The translations under genes were made by a program, and so were the position numbers. A DNA stretch of 32,000 nucleotides from Candidatus Paracaedimonas acanthamoebae (lineage in GTDB: Bacteria > Pseudomonadota > Alphaproteobacteria > Caedimonadales > Caedimonadaceae), in the NCBI GenBank assembly GCA_000743035.1, contig CP008936.1:1470001-1502000 (forward strand), given 5' to 3'. The notes beneath the pieces are model-generated. The model saw only the letters and a list, made by a program, of their open reading frames with translations, ran no database searches and was not told the origin of the DNA. Shown one piece after another: positions 24,529-32,000 of this stretch. Every line of letters begins with the position of its first letter. The first letter of the stretch is position 1.

Positions 24529-25138
24529 CCTTTCTCTTGCTTTGTCCGTACCTCTCTCAGCTAAAGATCTTGGCTGCCATGGGGAACTTTTCCCTATTCA
24601 AGAAGAAAGCCTTCTTGAGATCATCAAGAGGCGCCTTCTTAACATACAAGAAAGTGGCACGCTTGAGACCTACCAAAAGCAACTTGCAGAACAGGCCAAG
24701 AAGAAAGCACTCACCCCCGAGCCACTTCACCATATTCAACATACTCAACTTCCTCGGTCCTTTTACTACGATCCGACAATTACCTTATCTGAAGATCTTA
24801 AAGATCATGAAGGTCATGTCTTTGCTAAGAAAGGCGATAGAGCCAATCCTTTAGAGATTATTCCTCTGACCAAAGAATTGCTCTTTATTGATGGGGAAGA
24901 TGAATCTCATGTTAGTTGGGCACTTTCTCGCACCCTCCCTTCCAAGATTATTCTTATTAAAGGCCAACCTCTTAAACTGGAAGAGAAACATCTTCGTCCC
25001 TTTTATTTTGATCAGTTAGGTTTTCTCACGGGGCGCTTAGAAATTAAGCAGGTTCCTGCTCGCGTTTTTCAAGAAGGCACACGCCTTAAAATAGAAGAAT
25101 TAAACATCAACCAACTTCGGAGCTTTCCCCATGAATAA
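24503..25138 (+). CDS. traW: Type-F conjugative transfer pilus assembly protein TraW
   Basis: About 211 aa starting from the ATG at 24503; the track starts at a GTG at 24491. It has a signal peptide, then AKDLGCHGELFPIQEESLLEIIKRRL (F has AADLGTWGDLWPVKEPDMLTVIMQRL). It also has EGHVFAKKGDRANPL and the shared motif QVPARV. Confidence 0.87.
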   Translation: MAKLINYFSLSLALSVPLSAKDLGCHGELFPIQEESLLEIIKRRLLNIQESGTLETYQKQLAEQAKKKALTPEPLHHIQHTQLPRSFYYDPTITLSEDLKDHEGHVFAKKGDRANPLEIIPLTKELLFIDGEDESHVSWALSRTLPSKIILIKGQPLKLEEKHLRPFYFDQLGFLTGRLEIKQVPARVFQEGTRLKIEELNINQLRSFPHE

Positions 25139-25436
25139 ATTTGGTATCGTCCTTTTTGGATGTATTGGCTTACTTGCATACCCCATTTTAAAAAGAGCCT
25201 CACTTGAGAAGCAAATCTTGCATGATTATGAGGTGCTTCAAAAGCTTGAAGCCATTACTGATCCCAAAACCTTAGAGAGAGTTCATCACCTTGGCCAGAA
25301 ATATGGCTATGGAGAGGTGTACACAACTTTAACAACAGAACAGATTTTTGGCCCTCAAGCTGAACAATCCTACATTACCACCCCTGAAAATGCTGAAAAA
25401 TCTATTCCTCCTAGAGAAGGGCAAGATAGAATATGA
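25131..25436 (+). CDS. Hypothetical protein with an N-terminal TM/signal, within the tra operon
   Basis: 101 aa, start and stop overlapping its neighbours (ATGA junctions). I recognise no family. Confidence 0.5.
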   Translation: MNKFGIVLFGCIGLLAYPILKRASLEKQILHDYEVLQKLEAITDPKTLERVHHLGQKYGYGEVYTTLTTEQIFGPQAEQSYITTPENAEKSIPPREGQDRI

Positions 25437-25699
25437 AACACTCTATACATCAATTATTTAGCAAGTTCCTCAAGCTTCCTTGCTTTCCGAGGTTGAGGTT
25501 TCCAGAGATTTCAAAATTTGATTGGCTGGTGATTAAGTTCTTCGCAGCATTACTCCTCCTCATGGTGGGCATGTGTCATATCCACCTCCTTGGTCAAGAT
25601 TTAAGATCAAGCTTTGAATTAAGGCATATAGAGGCCCTCAATAAGAAGCTTAAAACCCAAGAAGCAAATGAGGGATTCACAAAAGAGGAAGGGAAGTAG
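25433..25699 (+). CDS. Hypothetical small membrane protein within the tra operon
   Basis: 88 aa with a central TM (WLVIKFFAALLLLMVGM) and a charged C-terminal tail. It is translationally coupled to the upstream ORF. I recognise no family. Confidence 0.45.
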   Translation: MKHSIHQLFSKFLKLPCFPRLRFPEISKFDWLVIKFFAALLLLMVGMCHIHLLGQDLRSSFELRHIEALNKKLKTQEANEGFTKEEGK

Positions 25700-25702
25700 G
25701 CT

Positions 25703-26683
25703 ATGCGTAAGCTCGCTCTCCTCTTTTTCTGCTGGACTGCTTTTACCCTTGAGGGGCGTGCTGCTTGCCATGGGCGGTTTGTCAATCCTATTACCGATAT
25801 TTGCTGGTCGTGTATATTCCCCATCACTTTAGGTGGCATTAATCTTATACGAAGTGGAGAAGACACGCCTAACCCTAGTAATTTTGTCTGCTATTGCTCA
25901 ACACCTATACCAAGGGTCGGGATTCCTATCTCCTTTTGGGAGCCTGTAAGGCTTGTGGATGTCACAAGAACTCCTTATTGCCTGGTGAATATGGGGGGTA
26001 TTCAGATTGGAAACACTGGCATGACACATCGGGGTGGCAATGCCACTAAATCAAGCGTGTTGGGCGGGCTTAAGCATAGTTTTTATAATGTGCACTGGTA
26101 TGCCTACCCTGTGATTTGGTGGCTAGAACTTTTAATTGATTTTGTTTGTCTTGAGAAAGCTTCTTTCGATCTCTTGTGGATCACAGAAGTTGATCCTACG
26201 TGGAATGATGATGAATTGGGCTTTTTCACCAATCCTGAAGCAGTCTTTTTTGGAAATCCTATGGCCCAAGCAGCCTGTGCTGCGGATTGTGTGGCAGCTT
26301 CTACTGGATTCCCCAATGATGTGTTCTTCTGGTGTGGGGGATGCCAAGGAAGCCTTTATCCTTTTGGCGGCACAATCACCCATCATGTGGGCGGCGTGCA
26401 AGCTTCACTCCTTGCCACTCAACGGTTTATAGCTCGCCTTCATCGCTTTGGTCTTCTCTGGGGATACATGGGTAGTTCTGGCCTTTGTGGAAAGTACCCC
26501 ATGCCCATCATTAAAAAGTCTCAATACAAAACCCAAATGACTTATCCCATCCCAGCAACCCACAAGGGTTGTTACCCTTTAGGACGCACGGAAGTGACCT
26601 ATAGCTCTGGCAGAGAGTTCCCCACCCGTGGGGAAGATTTTGGCTACTTAATATGGAGAAAGAGAAATTGCTGTATCCTTTGA
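25703..26683 (+). CDS. traU: Type-F conjugative transfer protein TraU
   Basis: 326 aa (F TraU is 330 aa). It has a signal peptide followed by the hallmark ACHGRFVNPITDICWSCIFPITLGG, and is Cys-rich throughout. Confidence 0.92.
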   Translation: MRKLALLFFCWTAFTLEGRAACHGRFVNPITDICWSCIFPITLGGINLIRSGEDTPNPSNFVCYCSTPIPRVGIPISFWEPVRLVDVTRTPYCLVNMGGIQIGNTGMTHRGGNATKSSVLGGLKHSFYNVHWYAYPVIWWLELLIDFVCLEKASFDLLWITEVDPTWNDDELGFFTNPEAVFFGNPMAQAACAADCVAASTGFPNDVFFWCGGCQGSLYPFGGTITHHVGGVQASLLATQRFIARLHRFGLLWGYMGSSGLCGKYPMPIIKKSQYKTQMTYPIPATHKGCYPLGRTEVTYSSGREFPTRGEDFGYLIWRKRNCCIL

Positions 26684-27180
26684 AATTCCGGTTTTGTTTG
26701 GTGTTAAGTCTTTTTATGGCAAACAATCTTCTTGCGCTTTGCCCCACGAGCCAAGAGCATCCCAAAACATGCCCTATTCAAAAATTGAGTGCATCAGAGG
26801 AAAAAGCGCCAACTGTTCTAGTCTTTGTTTCCTTTTCCATGCCTCAAGCCACCTTAAAGCAATTAGCCGTAGACCTTAAACTCGTTGGGGGTGCTTTAGT
26901 GATCCGAGGCCTTATTAATAACAGTTTTAAAGAGACTGCAATTACTCTTCAAAAATTGGAGACTGGCGTTCTTCTCGATCCAACCCTCTTTGAGAAGTTC
27001 AATATTACGTCTGTCCCTACTTTTATCATCTTTGAAGGCGATCTTAAGGGCGACCACTCCACTTATGACCGCCTTACGGGCAATGTTAGCCTGCGCTTTG
27101 CCCTGGAGAGGATGGCTCAAGAAGGCGAGATCAAAAGTGCTGCTCTTTTGCTTAAAAAGCTCACAGGGGATAAGACATGA
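26653..27180 (+). CDS. trbC: Type-F pilin assembly protein TrbC
   Basis: 175 aa with a signal peptide and the TrbC pattern VLVFVSFSMPQATLKQLAVDLKLVGGALVIRGL...ITSVPTF. It overlaps the traU 3' end by 31 nt. An alternative start lies at 26716. Confidence 0.8.
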   Translation: MEKEKLLYPLKFRFCLVLSLFMANNLLALCPTSQEHPKTCPIQKLSASEEKAPTVLVFVSFSMPQATLKQLAVDLKLVGGALVIRGLINNSFKETAITLQKLETGVLLDPTLFEKFNITSVPTFIIFEGDLKGDHSTYDRLTGNVSLRFALERMAQEGEIKSAALLLKKLTGDKT

Positions 27181-28985
27181 AGGGAGTTTTGATTCTTATC
27201 ATGATTGCGGCTCCTTTATGGGGTTCAGAGATGGATGAAAAGGCCAAGGAAGGAACAGAACACGCTGCAAAGCTTAAGGCTGAAAGTCAGAGCACATCTT
27301 TGAATCCTGAAAATATTAAGCTTTCAGATGATATCCCAGCATATAAAGAAGAGGTTTCTGCCTCAAATCTTGATGATAGTGCCCTTAAGCAAGCTGAATC
27401 TCATGCCCTTCATGATGATCATGCAAGCCACATTTACAATCTTCACACCCATAAAGACACAAGCGTTAAAATTGATCCTCTTCATGATCCTTTAATTGTT
27501 GAGTCCGAAGCCCTCCTTAAAGATCCCATGAAAATCTTAGCAGAAGAACCTCATCAAGTTGTCGAAGACGCAGAAGAAGAGATTTATGAAGAAGTTAAAT
27601 GTGAAGAGGCTAGAGATCCTTTTGAACAAAGCTGTCTTGAAGATCGTAAAGTGATTGTCAATACACCTCCTACTCAAACATACCCTCTTACGATGACTGT
27701 TTATTCTCATGGCTGGTCAGGGGGCCTCTCACGAAATGTCATTACAGGACAAAAGCTCGATAGCTCCACAATGAATAATGGGGGTGGATATGCGGCATGG
27801 ACACGGATTGAAAATCCATTTCCCTCCTCTTTGGGCACCATCATTAGTGTGACGCATACCAATCCTCAATGGTACACCTCCTTTTCCAATAATGTTCTTA
27901 ATGTCACAACCAGCAATGGGGGCTGGTTTTGGATTAATTACTATTATGCCAATTTTGATATTATCTACCAGCCTCTCCCCACTGAAAAGGATGTTGTTGA
28001 GACCATTCAGGATGGATGTCAGTTCCTAGAGGCCAACTCTGATAAGGAAGTGTGTTCTTATGAAACAATGGAAGTCACCCAAGGACCTGAGACAAGGGTC
28101 ATTAATGGTCTGGCTGTAACGCGAGACTGGTGGCAGAGACGAAAAACCTACTCTTGTCTTCCCCAAGCCAAGAATAATTGTGAGTCTTTAAGAACCCGTG
28201 GCTGTATGCAGGTCGGATCACACTGCTTAGAGTATATTAACAAGACGTGTATTAAGTACGAACAAACCTTTAGATGTCCTCAAACAAGGAAACTTAAGGT
28301 CACTCGTATTAAAGGCGGGAAAGCGCCTTACTGTATTACGGGAAATTGTTTCACGCCCAGCTATGCTCCCAACACAGAGATGCTGGATGCCATCTCCAAG
28401 CTCGAAGTCTTTAGGAAAATCCAAGAAGACTTAAGAGCTAAAAAGCCAGAAATCTTTGGGGGTGATCATGATCATTGTAAAAAGAATCTTGCGAACTTTA
28501 GGGATTGCTGTAAGGGGGGTAAAGGCTGGGGGGTTTCTTTAAAGCTTGCAGGATGTGATGCTGATGATGAAAGGCTAGCAGAGCGTAAAAGCAAGAACTT
28601 GTGTGTGTATATAGGTTCTTTTTGTAAAGAAAAAGAAAAAATAACTGGGATTTGTCTTAAGAAGCAATTCTCATACTGTTGTTTCCATTCCAAGCTCTCA
28701 AGGATTATCCATGAGCAAGGGCGCCCTCAAATTGGCCTTGGTTGGGGATCACCCAAAAACCCAACGTGTCGTGGCCTTTCAGTAGAGGAAATTTCCCAAA
28801 TTGATTTCTCCAAGCTTGATCTAAGTGAAATCAACCAAGAACTCATGAGCCGCTATAAGGAAAAAGACCTTTCTTCTTATGTCAGTCAAAGACCAAATCT
28901 CCTCCAAAACATCGACATACAAATTAAGTTGATCCAAAAGGAACTCTCGGTTCCTAAAGGTAAGAAGCCAGAGAGGGAATTATAG
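27177..28985 (+). CDS. traN: Type-F mating-pair stabilisation outer-membrane protein TraN
   Basis: 602 aa with a signal peptide and a Cys-rich C-terminal half (CCKGGKGWG, SYCCFHSKLSRIIHEQGRPQ, which are TraN hallmarks). Synteny after trbC supports the call. Confidence 0.9.
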   Translation: MKGVLILIMIAAPLWGSEMDEKAKEGTEHAAKLKAESQSTSLNPENIKLSDDIPAYKEEVSASNLDDSALKQAESHALHDDHASHIYNLHTHKDTSVKIDPLHDPLIVESEALLKDPMKILAEEPHQVVEDAEEEIYEEVKCEEARDPFEQSCLEDRKVIVNTPPTQTYPLTMTVYSHGWSGGLSRNVITGQKLDSSTMNNGGGYAAWTRIENPFPSSLGTIISVTHTNPQWYTSFSNNVLNVTTSNGGWFWINYYYANFDIIYQPLPTEKDVVETIQDGCQFLEANSDKEVCSYETMEVTQGPETRVINGLAVTRDWWQRRKTYSCLPQAKNNCESLRTRGCMQVGSHCLEYINKTCIKYEQTFRCPQTRKLKVTRIKGGKAPYCITGNCFTPSYAPNTEMLDAISKLEVFRKIQEDLRAKKPEIFGGDHDHCKKNLANFRDCCKGGKGWGVSLKLAGCDADDERLAERKSKNLCVYIGSFCKEKEKITGICLKKQFSYCCFHSKLSRIIHEQGRPQIGLGWGSPKNPTCRGLSVEEISQIDFSKLDLSEINQELMSRYKEKDLSSYVSQRPNLLQNIDIQIKLIQKELSVPKGKKPEREL

Positions 28986-28986
28986 G

Positions 28987-29751
28987 ATGCGTCTCATTAT
29001 TGTTCTCTCATTATTTATGCTTGTTTTTATGAAGCCCATTCTTGCAGAAGACTCCTTTTACAAAAGGCGAGCTGAAGGCTGGCACTGGTACCAAGACCGT
29101 AAGCTTCCAGAAATGCAAAATGAAAAGGATAAAAAGCAGCCTGAACATCAAACTATTAAGTCCTTAACACCATCTCAACTTTTGAGGCTTTACAAACAGG
29201 AACTAGAGAGAAGACTTCACTTCGCTATCTTCTTCCCAACTCTTGAGAATGTAAAAGCCTATCAAGAGTTCCAAAAAGATTTGATGGAAAGAGGCCAGCT
29301 CTTTGCAGAGCGCTGGATGCAGTCTATTTACTTGAATCCCCACCTTGATTTCACCTCAACCTATCCCATTAACCAGATTGGAAGGCACACTTATATTGAT
29401 GAAGAGAGTAAATTAAAGCGAGCAAAATTAAAGGATCTCTCTCATACTTACGGGTTCTTTTTCTTCTTTAAGGGCGATTGTCCTTATTGCCATACCTTTG
29501 CACCGATCGTGAAGCGCTTTGCCGCTAAATATGGCTGGGTGGTGAAGACGGTCAGTCTTGATGGGGGTACACTTAAAGAGTATCCCAAACCCCTTTTGGA
29601 TAATGGTATGGCAGAAAGACTCTCGATCACCCATGTGCCGGCCTTGATTGCGGTCAATCCTAAAACCCAACAAATCCTTCCCATCAGCTATGGCATTTCC
29701 TCCGAGGATGAAATGGAATCACGTATTATAACCCTTATAGGTAAATCATGA
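28987..29751 (+). CDS. traF: Type-F pilus assembly protein TraF (thioredoxin fold, here retaining a CXXC)
   Basis: 254 aa. It has a signal peptide, then AEGWHWYQD (F has DAGWQWYNE). YGFFFFFKGDCPYCHTFAPIVKRFAAKYGWVVKTVSLDG corresponds to F YGIMFFYRGQDPIDGQLAQVINGFRDTYGLSVIPVSVDG. Confidence 0.87.
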   Translation: MRLIIVLSLFMLVFMKPILAEDSFYKRRAEGWHWYQDRKLPEMQNEKDKKQPEHQTIKSLTPSQLLRLYKQELERRLHFAIFFPTLENVKAYQEFQKDLMERGQLFAERWMQSIYLNPHLDFTSTYPINQIGRHTYIDEESKLKRAKLKDLSHTYGFFFFFKGDCPYCHTFAPIVKRFAAKYGWVVKTVSLDGGTLKEYPKPLLDNGMAERLSITHVPALIAVNPKTQQILPISYGISSEDEMESRIITLIGKS

Positions 29752-31139
29752 GAAAAACACTTATATGTCTTATTATTTTATTGGCATTTGTTCCAGCGCA
29801 CGCAGGGATTAACTCCGATCTTGAAGACTTCTTTAAGAGCATGGGATCGGTGACCAACTCCACAAATGCTTCTGTCTATCAAGACCAAGCCGCAGGGTAT
29901 TATACGGGTGGGGGTGTTTTTATCCGAAACTCATCCAAAAACATCCAACCTCTCTCCCTTCACTTGCCCTCTTACCGGGCAGGGTGTGGCGGGATTGACC
30001 TTCATTTAGGCGGCTTAAGCTTCATTAAGGTTCAAGAATACTTAAATGCGTTAAGAGCCATTGGAGCCAGCATGCCAAGTTATGCCTTTATGCTGATGGT
30101 ACAGACCATCTCCTCTCAGATTTACAATATTATCAATGAACTGAATGCTAAAGCTCAGGAGATTAACCAGACAAATATCAATACCTGTGAAGTCACAGCC
30201 ACCACCTTAGGAGCACTCTGGCCAAGGGGAGATGCCTCAAGCAAGCATTTGTGTTCCTCTATGGGCAGTAACCTTGGGGTGTTTTCTGACTGGGCTGCAT
30301 CACGTCAAGGGTGTGGTGCTGGGGGTCGAAGAGATTCACTTCTTTCTAATCTTCCTGCAACAGGGAATAAAGAAGACTTAGCTGCCTATAAAAACATGGT
30401 TGTGGGGGAGTATAACCTCGCCTGGAAAGCCATCCAGAAAAATCCTTTTCTTATAAAGGATCAAGAGATGGCTGAGTTCTTTATGACACTCTCTGGAAGC
30501 TTAATTGCTCGAAAAACAGGAAGTGGTGACAAATCTCCTCTTACAGTGTCTGTCCTTCCCTCTTTGGCTGATCATGGAGACTTGATTAATGCTCTCCTTC
30601 AAGGGGGACAAGCTAAAATATGGAAATGTGATGATAAGGAGAAATGCTTAAATCCTCACTCAGCCCAAGTAAGTGTCTCAAAGCCTTTAGAAGCAAGGGT
30701 TCATGCACTCCTGGATTCCATGGTGAATAAGGTTTATATGGATGAACCACTGACAAAAGAAGAGCTTGCCTTTCTTAATTCAACGAGTCTTCCCATTTAT
30801 AAAATCCTCAATGTGACAACCGCTTATCAAAGAGGGAAATCTCCGATTGATATTCGGGATTACTCTCGCCTTATAGCTTATGATTTATTGTCTCAATATC
30901 TCCTTGAAGTGCTCGACATTGTGACCATCAATTTAGATGACTTGAGAACTGTTCAAGTCGATGACTCCCATATTAAAAGGCTTTTGGATGGCATTCATAA
31001 GGTCAGAGAACGCGTTGTTCAACGAAGGACAAGCGTTGTACATCAGCTTCAATCCATCCTTTCTCTCATTGAAAAAACCTCTGCTCTTGAAGCTCAGCTT
31101 TTCTCAACTGCCTCAATGGCCGCCCAAGGAAAGAGGTAG
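29748..31139 (+). CDS. traH: Type-F pilus assembly protein TraH
   Basis: 463 aa (F TraH is 458 aa). It has a signal peptide, DLEDFFKSMG, CGGIDLHLGGLSFI and a C-terminal coiled-coil. An ATGA overlap joins it to traF. Confidence 0.92.
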   Translation: MRKTLICLIILLAFVPAHAGINSDLEDFFKSMGSVTNSTNASVYQDQAAGYYTGGGVFIRNSSKNIQPLSLHLPSYRAGCGGIDLHLGGLSFIKVQEYLNALRAIGASMPSYAFMLMVQTISSQIYNIINELNAKAQEINQTNINTCEVTATTLGALWPRGDASSKHLCSSMGSNLGVFSDWAASRQGCGAGGRRDSLLSNLPATGNKEDLAAYKNMVVGEYNLAWKAIQKNPFLIKDQEMAEFFMTLSGSLIARKTGSGDKSPLTVSVLPSLADHGDLINALLQGGQAKIWKCDDKEKCLNPHSAQVSVSKPLEARVHALLDSMVNKVYMDEPLTKEELAFLNSTSLPIYKILNVTTAYQRGKSPIDIRDYSRLIAYDLLSQYLLEVLDIVTINLDDLRTVQVDDSHIKRLLDGIHKVRERVVQRRTSVVHQLQSILSLIEKTSALEAQLFSTASMAAQGKR

Positions 31140-31145
31140 CGAGCC

Positions 31146-32000
31146 ATGGAAACAACAATTTACACACTGGGTGGCGGTGAGATCTTCTCTCTGATCTTTA
31201 ATGGTATTGCTTCCCTTATTAGTGGGGCTGAGGGACACAAAGGAATCTTGTTCAACCCCTTTGTGAGGATTGGCGCCATGACAGGTCTTTTGGTGGCGAT
31301 CGTGCAAACCCTTTGGCGCGATCAAATGGAGATCATCAGGTCTTTCTTCATGCCCTTTATTGTGATGCTCTTTGTGGTCTTAACACCGACCACCACCGTT
31401 CATATCATTGATAATTTTGTCGGCAGAAAAGATTATGTCGTGGCGCATGTTCCGTTTGGCCTTGGCTTTGTGGCAGGTCTCTTCAGCCAAATAGGACAGG
31501 AAATTACAGAAAAAATGGAGCAAGTTTTCTCTCTTCCTGATGACTTAAAGTATCATAAGACAGGGGCAGTCTTTGCAAGTAATCTCCTAAAAAATTCTCG
31601 AATCTTTCATATTGTGGATGAAAATGTTGCTGAGAATATGCGTGGGTTTGTAACGCAATGTGTCGTCTATGATGCAATGCTGGGGCGTAAATATACCTTT
31701 CAACATTTGAAGAATACAGAGGATATTTGGACTTTGGTCACCAGTGATCCTTCACCAGTAAGGGCTTTCCTCTGGCAAGAAGCGGGGAAGAAGAGTGAAA
31801 TTGTCACCTGCAAGATTGGTGCTGAAAAGCTTAACAAACTCTTTGAAAGGGAAATCGATAAGACAGCAACTTTTTTTGGCAAGAAGCTCTTTAAAACAAA
31901 TGGTAACACGCCGATCAATTTTAAAGCTGAGATTTATAAGTATCTGCCTGTTTCTTTTAGCTACCTGATTGACTCAGCTAAAAATGCCCAAGAGATTATC
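31146..32000 (+). CDS. traG: Type-F mating-pair stabilisation/entry-exclusion protein TraG, N-terminal part (continues beyond the window)
   Basis: Hand translation from the ATG at 31146 is open to the window end (285 codons): METTIYTLGGGEIFSLIFNGIASL...TTTVHIIDNF...HVPFGLGF...YHKTGAVFASNLL...FVTQCVVYDAMLGRKYT. This parallels the F TraG N-terminus (VYVIAGGEWL..., VQIIDNS..., NVPVGLAM, YSKTGMLFGANLV, YVQNCVMGDIYLNHKYT). It is not in the ORF track because no stop occurs. Confidence 0.9.
   Translation, partial: METTIYTLGGGEIFSLIFNGIASLISGAEGHKGILFNPFVRIGAMTGLLVAIVQTLWRDQMEIIRSFFMPFIVMLFVVLTPTTTVHIIDNFVGRKDYVVAHVPFGLGFVAGLFSQIGQEITEKMEQVFSLPDDLKYHKTGAVFASNLLKNSRIFHIVDENVAENMRGFVTQCVVYDAMLGRKYTFQHLKNTEDIWTLVTSDPSPVRAFLWQEAGKKSEIVTCKIGAEKLNKLFEREIDKTATFFGKKLFKTNGNTPINFKAEIYKYLPVSFSYLIDSAKNAQEII

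Larger units (their letters stand above)
7593..32000. mobile_element. Integrated conjugative element (ICE/RAGE-like) next to tRNA-Lys, truncated by the window end. It comprises cargo, repressor switch, replication module and F-type T4SS.
   Basis: Core genes stop at the tRNA. Downstream lie accessory and regulatory genes, then a CI-like repressor, Xis/AlpA-like gene, initiator-like genes and 15+ F-type tra/trb genes in one tightly overlapping operon. Hand-sampled 60-nt lines give higher GC in the rep/tra part than in the flanks. The left boundary is inferred, and the right boundary, integrase and relaxase are not in the window. Confidence 0.7.

Overview
This is an AT-rich bacterial chromosome segment. 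Gene content and composition suggest an intracellular or endosymbiont-type alphaproteobacterium, but that is inference only. Positions 1-7.5 kb hold ordinary core genes: a partial ABC substrate-binding protein, valS, trxB, a TlpA-like thiol-disulfide oxidoreductase, a small LptM-like lipoprotein missing from the ORF track, an MgtC-family protein and rodA. A perfect cloverleaf tRNA-Lys(CUU) follows at 7517-7592. Everything from the tRNA to the window end looks like one integrated conjugative element (ICE/RAGE-like) that is cut by the window edge. It has four parts. (i) Cargo: a degenerate sensor histidine-kinase-like membrane protein coupled to a membrane-anchored NB-ARC/TPR STAND NTPase, an XRE regulator, and two uncharacterised proteins that read as TenA/haem-oxygenase-fold, one with a PqqD/RRE-like N-terminal part. 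(ii) A lambda-like switch: a CI/LexA-like repressor divergent from an AlpA/Xis-like HTH gene, with operator-like repeats between them. (iii) A replication module: tandemly duplicated winged-helix initiator genes that carry 23-bp-periodic iterons inside their own coding sequence, the longer copy ending in a DnaA domain-I-like region. (iv) An intact, tightly packed F-type mating-pair-formation operon in F-plasmid order: traA-L-E-K-B-V-C-trbI-S26 peptidase-traW-(2 orphans)-traU-trbC-traN-traF-traH-traG(partial). No integrase, relaxase, coupling protein, CRISPR array, rRNA or IS element is visible. The best candidates for undescribed biology are the sensor/GHKL + STAND gene pair, the repressor-flanked TenA-like + RRE/haem-oxygenase-like pair, and the origin-inside-the-initiator-gene replication module.
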